Assembly: GCA_028534125.1 (NCBI GenBank)
Contig: JAPYYK010000155.1
Coordinates: forward strand, 372,001 to 436,000
Direction of reading: 5' to 3'
DNA length: 64,000 bases
DNA from: Lama glama
Taxonomy: Eukaryota
The notes below the pieces were generated by a model. It worked only from the letters and a program-made list of their open reading frames with translations. It was not told the DNA's origin and searched no databases. The stretch's first letter is position 1. Every line of letters begins with the position of its first letter. Below are positions 52,332 to 63,500 of the stretch, one piece after another. The position numbers and the translations under genes are program-made.

Positions 52332-53281
52332 GGTGAGAACATTTGAATTCTACTCTCTTAGCAAATTTCAAGTATACAATGCAGTGTTATTAGTTACAGT
52401 GTTATAGTCACTATGTTTCACATTAGACCCTCAACTCTTACTGATCTTACAGCTGAAAGTTTGTACCCTTTACCAAACTTTTCCTATTCCCCCTCACCCC
52501 CAGGCCATGGCAACCACTTTCCTACTCTCTGTTTATAAGCGTTTGACCTTTTTTTTAAGATTTCACATATAAGTGATATTATGCAATATTTGTCTTCCTC
52601 TATCTTATATCACACAGAATAATGCCCTCAAGTTCCATCGATGTTGTGGCAAGTGGANNNNNNNNNNNNNNNNNNNNNNNNNNNNNNNNNNNNNNNNNNN
52701 NNNNNNNNNNNNNNNNNNNNNNNNNNNNNNNNNNNNNNNNNNNNNNNNNNNNNNNNNNNNNNNNNNNNNNNNNNNNNNNNNNNNNNNNNNNNNNNNNNNN
52801 NNNNNNNNNNNNNNNNNNNNNNNNNNNNNNNNNCTTTGGCTATGTACCCAGGAGTGGGATTGCTTGATCATATGGTAGTTTTATTTAATGTTTTAAGGCA
52901 CTTTTATACTGTTTACCATAGTGGCTNNNNNNNNNNNNNNNNNNNNNNNNNNNNNNNNNNNNNNNNNNNNNNNNNNNNNNNNNNNNNNNNNNNNNNNNNN
53001 NNNNNNNNNNNNNNNNNNNNNNNNNNNNNNNNNNNNNNNNNNNNNNNNNNNNNNNNNNNNNNNNNNNNNNNNNNNNNNNNNNNNNNNNNNNNNNNNNNNN
53101 NNNNNNNNNNNNNNNTTGCAGGTCTTCTTTGGAAAAAAGCCTATTCAGTTCCTCTGCCCATTTTTTAATCGGATGTTTTGGGTTTTTTGCTATTGAGTTG
53201 TATGAGTTCTGTATATATTTTAGATATTAACCTCTTATCAGCTATATGTTTTGCAAACATTTTCTTTTATTCATGGTCTAT
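52332..53281 (-). mobile_element. L1MA-class insertion, truncated at both ends, flanked by ~30-bp direct repeats; two N gaps inside
   Basis: ggtgagaacatttgaattctactctcttagcaaatttcaagtatacaat...ctattgagttgtatgagttc; direct repeats at 52302-52331 and 53282-53311. Confidence 0.88.
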
Positions 53282-55539
53282 AACCATGTTAAACTCCCAA
53301 TAATTTTTTTTAAAAAAGGAAATGATTGATAGTTTGATGGAAAGTGATATGAGGAAGAACTGAGGCTGTTGAGTTGTAGAAGAAGGAACAAATGTACTAA
53401 GTAGGGCAAACACCCAATGAGCACTTCCAAGACAGAGTGTGTGCAGACTTAAAGGAAGAGTAGGGAATGAATGTGGTCAGCTAGCTAGTGTGCTTTGTGC
53501 TCCACTGCAGTGACTTCCTGGTGTAAGATGGTGTGTGAAACCAACCTGAACCTGTCCCTGGTACTGATATCAGTCCCATCTTTCCCAGAGGAGCACATGG
53601 AAGAAACATGCCTTCTTCTCCTCTGTCCTGCCTGATCAATAATACTTAAGCTTATAATTCATTGTTGTCAGTAAGGGCCCTGAATTGTATTCCAATTTGA
53701 ATGCTTTAACACTAGGGAAACCAATATCCATTTGCCACAGACCACACCGCTCTATATTGTCTTATACCCCCTCCTACTCCATCCACTTCACACATTAATG
53801 TTTCCGGCTTTGTCTCTATTGGATTTTCCTCTGTAGGTCCTTGTGAAGAGAAGAAAACAATTTAGGTGAAAAGCTCACATTTGAGGGCAGGCCAGGAACT
53901 AAAAACTGGTCATCAGAGAGGCAGATGGAGCATCAGGAGAAAAAGTTGGAACTGAGACCAGAGGAGGAGAGGATTTCAGAAGAACAGTGTCTACCAGTAT
54001 AAGATGCTGTGGCGAGGTCCTAAGAGAGCCTTGGCTTTGTTGGGTAGTACAGCATCGATGACTTCTGTAGGAGCAGTTTGTGCGTGATCTGGTGGGGGCA
54101 GGGTCAGGCTACCGCACCAGGGAAATCAGGCTGCAGAGAGTGAGGGACAGAATGTACTCCGCTCCTTCAAGAAGCTTGATAAGGAAAGAAAGGAGAGAGG
54201 AGTGCTGCTTTCACAAGGAGACATGTTGAGAGAATGCTGTTTGTACGAGGAACACTTGAGTGTAGTATTTTTAGACTGAAGAGAAGTAGCTACTGGGGAG
54301 GAAAAGGAAAATGATCGAAGATGAGAAAGCAAGCACAAGAGAAAAGACTAAATGGAACAACTCTCCAGAGAGCTGATTTCCATCACATAATTCACTAAAC
54401 AAATGTGGATTCATCTTTGTTTCAGTTCTAGCTCCTTCTGACTGGAAGTGTGATTTCTAGCAAAACATTTACAGAATCTCTGCTGCCCCCCTCACCCACA
54501 CCCCGCCACTGCTCTGGGTAGAGCCTTTGTAAGGACACCTGTCCTAAAGTAGTGCCCACCAGAAGACACCTGCTTTTTGCCAAGCTGGAGTGAAAGGCTG
54601 AATCCCTGTTCAGCTGGGAACCGACACAGGCCACCTCTGTGGTGACCCGGATCTTCAGGATGCATGGACCCCCTTTACTACTGATACATCGCCTGTCTCA
54701 TTAAGCTTAACATTTCAAACATTATAAATGTTTAATTATTAACATTTAATTATCTGCATTACTTAAGCATCCCAGTTCCACAGTTAATGTTCTCGAGGAA
54801 ATATTTACTAAACAGTCAATCCTCTTGGATGCCACCAAGCTGAGCATTTTCAACTTGCAGCAAACCTTTCCTTCAGGGGGGCCGCCTTCTCATGCTAGTG
54901 TTCTGGACAGACGTGGCTGCACTAGGGGAGCCTGTGGCTTCAGCCGTGGCGTCCGCTTTGTCTCAGGGACGCTCTGTCAACTCCGACAGGATGAATTGCC
55001 CTGCTCGGCATCAGTGTTAGCAGGCTGAGTGCCGTTGGGACACTCACGCCATCTCGCTTCTCATTTCTTTTCTGTTAGGGCTGCAAATGCATTAACAGGG
55101 AGCCAGTTCTGGTGAGAGAAAAGTGAAACAATCTTATTTGTGGTCAGAAGGCAGAAGTGTGATGAAAGCTAATCATAGCTCCCACGGGAGATGGTTGCTC
55201 ACACAACTGATCAGCCAACCAGCTTTTCCTAGCAAAATCGGGGTCCTCCTGTCCATGGGAATGTCATTTCCAGAGCAAGGACCAAGGGAAACAGGTTTAT
55301 CCACCCTGGACTTCCTGACATAAATACCCCACTGCCCCATCAATCTTTGTGCAAAAAGAGGGGGCCAATGGTTAACAAAATGTGAACTGGTTCCCTTGGT
55401 TTTCCAGGAGTGACATAGAAGGAACTGTGCTAATCTACCTGTGCTCACTGGTGGAGTCTCCACTGTCACCACTTAGAGAGCACTGGGATATATGATGTAT
55501 ACAGCCGAGTGGTTGAGAGAAGAGAGAGGAGTCAGACCT

Positions 55540-55870
55540 TCATTCATTTCACAAGTATTTACTGATCGCTTGCTCTGTGCCAGGCACTGTGCTAAGCACT
55601 GGAGAGGCAGAAGCAAATTAGACAGCAATGGTTGCTACCTTCATGGAATTTATATCACAGCAAATATAAGACTCCGGAATTTGAGTCATGACTGCCACCT
55701 CATGGCTGTATCACTTTGGATAAGTTGATTAAACTTTCCAGGCCTCAATTTTCGTATCTGAAAATGGGAATAATCAGGGTACCTCCTTCACAGAGTCACT
55801 GTGATGTATATTTCATTATTTACATGCAAACGCACGTGAAACTCAGAAATCATAAGAATGGCACCTACAG
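55540..55870. mobile_element. L2 tail fragment followed by a MIR fragment
   Basis: tcattcatt..tatttactga..tgtgccaggcactgtgctaagcactgg (L2); gcctcaattttcgtatctgaaaatgggaataat (MIR). Confidence 0.7.
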
Positions 55871-57169
55871 CTGGCTTCATTGGATTGCTGTAGCTTAGTT
55901 ATATGCTTAAAGAGATTCACTAAAAACTTGTATTTGAAGCATTTAACAGAATTAGCATTTTAATCATGAGTATTCAATTAAATTAAATTCAATAAAATTA
56001 TTATTACTGGGCACAGCTCTAGTTTAAGTAGCAATTGGAGACAAGAGACAGAAGATGTGGCTCTGGTGATCAGATGTCAGAGAGGAAGGACTTCCGAGTT
56101 CAGATAAAGTCACTCCCATTAGTACACAACCTGTCATGAAACCAGAGTTCAATAAACACCAGTTGTTGTTAGCGTTGTTAAGATTATTAGGCTTGAAGGC
56201 TTCGTAAGTAAATAAGACTGACATAATGGAGCACAAGTGTGGTGCTTGTACATATCAAATAATTAATACATGTTATTTCATCCACACACGCGTTAGTGTG
56301 CTTTTTTATGAAAGGCTGTTTCAAGCATGTATGAAATGGAAGGGACCTTAGACGCAATGTCGTCTGGCTCCCTCGGGATGATGAAATTTGAGATCCGCAG
56401 AAGTAAAATAACTTGCCCAAGTCACATAGTGAGTGGTCCTAAAATCTGGTCTCCTGCGCCAGCTGGAAAAGGTCTGCTGTACCCCCCACTCCCTCTCTTC
56501 TAAGTACCTCCTCTTACATTCGATGACAACGATGATCAGCAACGGCCCCACCACAGTGGCAGGCTGCAGACACCGATCCCGTTCACGCCAAGCTGAGTGA
56601 CAAGCGTTGGAGTGCACCCATTCTGCCTTCTCTGGCCCCTCGCCTTTCTGCCACCTGTCTTTTTGAGTTCACAGTGAAAATAAGACACAAACACAACAGT
56701 CTTAGGTCTGCGGATTTCACTGGATGGCTGTGGCTTAGTCGGGCTTGTAGAGATTCACTGAAAACTTTAGTTTGGATCCTCAAAAATGAGCATTTTTATT
56801 GTGAATGTTAAATAAAAATTGTCATTATTGGACACAGCTCTATTTAAATAGCAGGTAGAGACAGGATACAGAAGATGTGGCTGGAGTGACCAGATATCAG
56901 GATTGACAAGTCTGTAAGCCTGGGTGATGGGTCAGATACTGTGTGATTTCTGGTTGTCACACCAGCCTTTTGGATACTATCTCTGCCCCTTCTTAAATAC
57001 CCAGTGTGGTACTCAGTGGTTTGGGCTGAACATGTAACAGGCAGCAATCAGGAAGGTGAGTTGGCAGTTCCTCCTAAAATAGACCTGGATTTATCTTTGT
57101 ATCATATAATTTCCCATGCTGAGGAGCTCACGTTACCATGATCAACATAATAGGCACTGTCATCATGAC

Positions 57170-57470
57170 TTTTTCTTCCAGTTTTATTGCACTATATACA
57201 TTCAAGGTGGGCAGCATTAATGATGTGACTTACGTATATCATGGAATAATTACCACAGTATGTTTAGTGGACACTCATTATCTCATAGAGCTACAGAAGA
57301 AAAGAAAAAGAAAAAAATCTCCTTGTGATGAGAACTTTTAGGATTAACTCTCTGAACAACTTTCAAATATAACATACAACAGTTTTAATGACATTAAACA
57401 TGTTATGCATTACATCCCCTAGTACTTATTTATCATACAACTGTAAGTGTGTACCTTCTGACCACCTTTA
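57170..57470 (-). mobile_element. L1MA-class 3' terminal fragment
   Basis: ttccagttttattg...ccttgtgatgagaacttttaggatt.actct...tacatccc..gtacttattta. Confidence 0.75.
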
Positions 57471-57551
57471 TCCAGTTATCGCTGACTTTTCACATGAGGT
57501 GATGCCGGAGCTCTGCTGGGATCCCACACGGTGGTTTGCATCCTCACTTGC

Positions 57552-57969
57552 TGTGCTGGGTTGAATGGTGATTCCCCAAAAGATCTGTTTCCTTCCTAAC
57601 CCTGGGACCTGTGAATGTGACCTTTTAGAATGAGTCACTACAGATGTCATTAAGTTAAGAGATTACATGGGTGAGCCCAAAATCCAATGACAAGTGTCCT
57701 TACAAGTGGCAGAGGAGGAGAAGACAGACACAGAGAACAGGAGACCATGTGAAGATGGAGGCAGAGGCTGGATTGAGACAGCCACGAGCCAAGAGCGCCT
57801 GAGCCACCGGCAGCTGGAAGAAGCGAAGACTGACTCCCTCTTAGAGCTCCCATGACAACTTGATTTCAGGCTTCTAGCCGCCCGAGCTGTGAGAGAATGA
57901 ATTTCTCTTGTTTTAAGCCACGTACTTTTTGGTAATTTATTACAGCAGCTTCAGGAAACTAGTAATACA
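57552..57969 (+). mobile_element. MLT1B/C-like solo LTR (ERVL-MaLR) with perfect 5-bp TSD CTTGC
   Basis: TG...CA ends; ggttgaat..ccccaaaa..acctgtgaatgtgacctt..gtgaagatggaggcagag..ctgtgagagaat..ttttaagcca..ggaaact..aataca; CTTGC at 57547-57551 and 57970-57974. Confidence 0.92.
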
Positions 57970-58305
57970 CTTGCCCACTGAAGTGCAGGACTCCCTGGGT
58001 GAGAGGTGTTGGACGGGCCCCGGTGGGGGCGCTATGTCAGTTCTGAGACCGCTAGTGATGTGGGTGGAGAGCTGAGTGAGCGGGAGGGATGGGGAGGCTG
58101 GACACTGAGACTCTGGGGGAAGCGTTTACAGACTCTTCACAGACGCGCTGCTTGTCCGCTTGTTTTCTCGCACGTGCTTCCTGCTTTCCCCTCTTCATGT
58201 GTATGTGGGGGAGGAACGCCCCCCAGATTAGCCTATTTCTTCTAACCTGCAGTATAAGAACAATTCAGACTTCAGAGCCAGCCACTTTAGCATGCGATAT
58301 TTCTT

Positions 58306-58370
58306 TTTTTTATTGAATTATAGTCAGTTTATAATGTGTTAATTTCTGGTGTGCAGCATAGTGATTCAGT

Positions 58371-58405
<35 letters not shown>

Positions 58406-58662
58406 GTATATTTTCTTTCATATTCTTTTTTATTATAGGCCATTACAAGATATTGAATATAGTTCCCTGTGCTATACAGTAGGACCTTGCTGTTTATCTG
58501 GTTTCGTGAAGATTTTCCTTGTAGTTCCCGCTGTACAAGATCTTCTGTCAAAGTTCAGTAGGTATTCTGTGAGAACTGTCCCACGTGTAGATGTATTTTT
58601 GATGTGTTTGTGGGAGAGGGTGAGCTCCGTGTCCTCCTGCTCCACCAACTTGAAGCCCCTCC
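58306..58662 (-). mobile_element. Short L1-derived element: L1 5'-end-like segment fused to an L1 3' end, with TSD
   Basis: 3'UTR part 58306-58497 (atattgaatatagttccctgtgctatacagtaggaccttg); 5'UTR-like part 58498-58662; TSD tagcatgc[ga/ag]tatttctt at 58288-58305 and 58663-58680. Confidence 0.82.
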
Positions 58663-59589
58663 TAGCATGCAGTATTTCTTACATTGTTTTTAACTATTTC
58701 TATTATTGACTTAACTTAACGTCCATTTTTTCTTTACTATCCATTATCGTGCATCTGTCACATGATAAGCCGATGTCCTCGTAGAATTGGGAAGTTCATT
58801 TATGGCAGGCAAACTCATTAAGCTGCACCCCTCAAATTACTCTGTAGCATACCTGGGGAAGTCTCTGCTCCTGATACCAGTGATTGCAAGCATCTGGAGA
58901 AACACCTTCTCCCATTCACACACTTGTGCCTTTCCTCTTTCGGTCTGTGGGACGTCTGCTAGGCTCAGTGTGTGCCGGGCACTGTGCTGGGAGAGGGTGC
59001 TCGGGTGCACAGAGCAGACGTGGTGCAGCCCTTCTCTCAGCACAGCAGTGCATCTGGACCTTGGCAGACTCTGGACTTGGTGTTGTCAGAGCTCCCTTCA
59101 GGGTCTAACTTCATTCCTTTTCTTTTGGACCTTTGTCTTTCCTAGTCTGAATCAGAGCAACCTGGACTCCCAAAAGAGATCTGAAATTGAGGCGGCCATC
59201 CAAGGGCTTCTGGAAATGTGGGACAGTGGGTTAGGGAGATGTCTCCTCTCACCCTCCACCACCACAAACATCTGGAATACCTCTTCCCAACCCAAGTCAA
59301 GGCAGAACTTGACTCAAAATCCACAACCGCCGGTTTGCACTAGATTTATCGCAGTCACATAGCAATCTGAAGAGCTGCCCTTCTAAGGGGCTAATTTAAG
59401 CCATCGTAAGTTCCATGAAGAATAATGCTCTTGTTTCTGCCCAAAGTGACAACAACACTGAGTGGAAATTGTCGCTTCCAGAGAGCTTGCAGCCATTTCC
59501 ACTTGTTTCTCACAAATGACCTCGTCCTTCTTCCTCCAGTCACAACTTGGTTTATTGAGATATTGATCTGCCCTGAGCCACTCCAAGCA

Positions 59590-59750
59590 TACTAGAGGTA
59601 TGAATTCATATCTCCTCCTAACCACCTGAGATAGGTTCTCTTGTTCCCATTTTACAGATGGAGAACTGAGGGAAAAGGAGGTTAAGTCACATGCCCCAGA
59701 TGGCAGAAGGGGGATGCAAATCCCAGTAGTTCAGAGTCCACAGTCGGAAG
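59590..59750. mobile_element. MIR SINE
   Basis: cccattttacagatggagaactgagg..gaggttaagtcac.tgccc. Confidence 0.75.
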
Positions 59751-60929
59751 CACTGGGCTGGACGGCCACCACAGAGCCAGGGCCACATGCACCGTTAACC
59801 TGGCTGTGGCTGAAGGCTGATGAGATAATCAGTAGCCAAACTACGAAGAACTCAGGTTCTCTGACTGCAGATACTGATCTCTCTGCGCTGGGTCATATAA
59901 AAAAATAATTACAGCAAAGACAGAGATTGAAAATGAAAGTGCTGATGGAGTGCGCTCAAGATTCATTTCCCCCTAAGTTAAAAGGGTTCCTTCCATGCCC
60001 TGCAGGGGGAGCCCCAGCTGCACTGACTCCTGCCCCGCAGCATGCAGTCCTGAAGCTCTTCCAAACTGAGCTTTCCACACGCAACGGCTCTTTAGAGCAG
60101 GCTGGGGAGAAGGCTACCTAATTCCATCTGTGAACAGAGACACAAGTAACATGAATGTTTAGAACCTGCCCCCCCCCGACCCAGCGATGTCTCAGTATAT
60201 AACTCATGCTTTTAATTCAGTATTGTGACAAGATATCACATCCAGTTCATGGAAACCACTTCTCAAACATGAAGACATGTTAACAGCCAAGATCTGGGTC
60301 ATACACGTTTCACATGGTGTGGGATTTCTCTGGCCTACGATGCCTGAATATTGCGTTCTTTTACAAAAGTAGTGTGTGAGTGTGTGAGTCTGCACAGGTA
60401 GGGCGCAGTGGGAGGGTTGTGGGTGCCCAGCAGGTAATTTATTTAGTGGTCATGTGCTGAGGAACACAAGGGTTTGAGTGTAGGTGGATCAAAAGAGAGG
60501 AGTCGCGTGTGTCCCCGGTGCTGCTTCTCTACCCTAAGGCTGCCCAAGGCAATAGTTTTCATCCTGGTAGGAGACAGAGGTGCCTCCCCTGATATATGGG
60601 GCCGGGAATCTAGAAGTGAACGTGTCCCGGTTGTGTCTGAGAACACTGGCAACAATTCCTGTGGAATTGCTTTCATTGCTTAAAAGAGAGAAATGGATGG
60701 CTCTTGTGTCATTTCAACAGCTAATAGTTCATAGGTTAAGACGATCTGGAGCTAAGAAATGTAGTGTTCGTTATGAGAAAGAGAAAGTTTTGTTTAGCAC
60801 AGAATCTTTGTTTAATCACTGGGGATGAATATAAAAAGTCCTTAAGGTACCAAGAATAAATTAGATTGCCTCCTTTCTGTCTTCTTTCCTTATCCCCCAA
60901 ATTATTTATTCTGTGCCCCCTACCACCCC

Positions 60930-61060
60930 CGAGAGCGTGAGCCACGTGGAGCAGGGACTTTGTCCCTTTGCTCGCTGTGGTAGCCCCAGTGCCTGGCAAA
61001 GCCTGGCACATGCCAACATTCAATATATATTCACCAATAAGCAAATGAATGAATGGCTGA
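60930..61060 (+). mobile_element. L2 3' tail
   Basis: gagcagggactttgtc..ccccagtgcctgg..gcctggcaca..aatgaatgaatg. Confidence 0.7.
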
Positions 61061-63284
61061 ATTGTAATCTGAATAACTGTCCTTCCGAACGATTTCGTTC
61101 GTTGAAATAAGCTAGCACAGCGCCTCTCAAGCAGCTTCCTTGACTGAGGGCGGGCTTCAAGTTTCACAGGAGATACAGATTGCGATTTTAGCATCAGCCT
61201 AATGACATTGCTTCTCCCTGGAAACTGCTCCCTGCTTCCCTCCCCCGGTTTGTCTTCCCCAGTTTGTTTTGAATCTGTGCTTAGAACTTCTTCTCCCCAC
61301 AATTCACCTAAAGAGAAATTGTGCTTTCCTTACACTTGAAGCTCGGCAACTTGAGTAAAACCAACTTAGACGAACATCTGACCATCTTTTGAAATAGGAG
61401 AGGCCTGGAAGCTCAAGACAGCTGGTGCCACTGCTGCCCTGGGGACTCTGGGCAGCTTGCGCCCGGCTTGGAGCGGTTCTCCTGGGGAACGGGGACTGAC
61501 TGGGTTCTCTCCCGGCTCGGCAGACGGGCCGGGGCCACACCAGCCACAGGCTGAGATGGCTGTGGGGTGCGCCCCACAGGGCGAGGGTCTGTAAAGCCCC
61601 CCTTGCTGGCGCGAGCCCCAGCTGACATTCTAAGATTCTAGTACTCACCTCAACCTGATATAAGGTGTCCAGAGGGCCCGGGGTTAACACTGAGTTGTTC
61701 TTTAAGTACAAGATTACGGTTTCCAATAAAATGGATTTGTGATGCCTGAGGTGATTTTTGTGGGAGAAAAAAAGGAAGATTAAAAAGCCTGTGTCAAAGC
61801 AGTGTTTTGATTAGACCAGAAGCATAATTTTAGAAAATGGAAAGCAGTGGGAATGCAGTAGAAAATGTGCTTGGGGCCTGCCCCCCAGGGAGGAACGGAG
61901 GCCATAAATCACCCCCGCCAGTCCCAATTTTACAAGTGTGATGTTTTCTACATTTGTAGACTTAAATTTTCTACGTTGTGAAAAACTTAACGAATGCACA
62001 ACCCCATTTTTTAAGCTTATATTGTTGCATTTGCCATCTTTTTTTTTAATTTTTGGAAGATATTTCATTTACCCTTCTCAGGAAAAGATATGGTCCTGTG
62101 CTTCACTTTCTCATGCAGGAAAGTAAAATAAGCCTCTTGGTTTAGGAAGAACTAATTAGTAAATTTTCCTCCAGTTCTCCAGGCCTGTGGACAACTGAAC
62201 TTTGTATCCCAACCTCCATTAGTCTTAACAGAAGCCAAGCGTTCTCTCCCCCTCGCTGTGCTGTAAGAATCATTTTTCCTCTGAGTGGAATAATGATTGT
62301 GAAGTCATTTAGGTATTCACAGAAAAAAACAGCCTTTTACTGTTGTTTTCTTTTATTGATTCCGGGAATGAGGCGAAGAGAAACCCTGCTCCATTTTCCC
62401 GTAAATACTGTTAATCCAGAGATGACCTCTTCGTACACAGAAATGATTGATTTGAATTTAAAAGAGTTGATATTCAGAGCTTCCATCTAGACTCAGATAA
62501 AACAACAAAATTATCCAGTGACTGTGGCTAAATTTTAGAGCTGCTACTTAGATTGCCTAAACAGTCTTGTATCTTCAGTCCTCCGGACATGAGAAGATGC
62601 TAGCAAGAGCTTGGTTCCACAATTTTGTTGTATATTAGATTCTGCAAGTACATACTTCACCTCCCCTGTTATTGATTTATTCATTCCTGACCTCATTCCC
62701 AAAGAAACTCACCCTTTTCCTCCACCAGGTCCAGGACCAGTATCTTAAGAAGTTTTCACTCAAAAATAGATTGACTTTTGAATTTGACAAAGTAGAGATT
62801 AAAGTTATGGTGCTGTTTTAAGAGAAGAATTAGGGAGATCTGACTCCCAGTCTACATAATAATTCAGCAGAATTTAAGGCTGTCTTTAGCACTTTGCATT
62901 AGCAGCAAGTAATTACCTCCAACTAGAATGAAATGAGGGTCAAGAATGGTTGCAAGCAATCAAGTGGAAGTGTTACTTGCTTTATCGAACATGCTAATAC
63001 AGAGCTGCATTTGGAAGAGTTAAAGAAGAAAAATGCCTCCAACCCAAATTGCCTTTGAGGTTTTTCACAAGAGTGGGCCGGAATGGTCTGTGGATGATAA
63101 AAAGTTTAAATTGCTTCACTTTAATACTTTAAATGGCTTTACCTAGGAATTTAAGTGACTTTGGATTATGCAGCTGCATCTGATTCTTGGTCCTGACATT
63201 TGTTAGCTTTGAGGAACATCTCAGTGACCTTTAGGTCCCCGGTAGTGTTAAAATTGACAGAAAAGAATCCAAAGCTGTGTTCAT

Positions 63285-63500
63285 TAATTTAACAAATAGT
63301 TGATGAGTTCTGGGCTATGCAGAAGGGATAAGGGACACCGGAGCAAGCAAAGCCTCAAGACTTTTGCCCTGAAAGAACTTATAGTCCAGTGGGAGGGCAG
63401 ACGATGAAGGAAAAAAAGCACCAATAAAAAATGGTGTTACAATTGTTGTAAGTGGCATAAAGGGGATAAAAGCAGGTGCTATGATTCAAACAGACAGCGT
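63285..63500 (-). mobile_element. L2 fragment
   Basis: tttaacaaata..ttttgccctgaaagaacttatagtccagtggg. Confidence 0.5.

Noticed and set aside
58787-59362. 191-aa ORF (and the 188-aa ORF at 60736-61302)
   Set aside because: Non-ATG starts, no recognisable homology or splice structure; the second overlaps an L2 tail.
61086-61101. CGAACGA-tt-TCGTTCG inverted repeat
   Set aside because: 7-bp stem, no supporting context.
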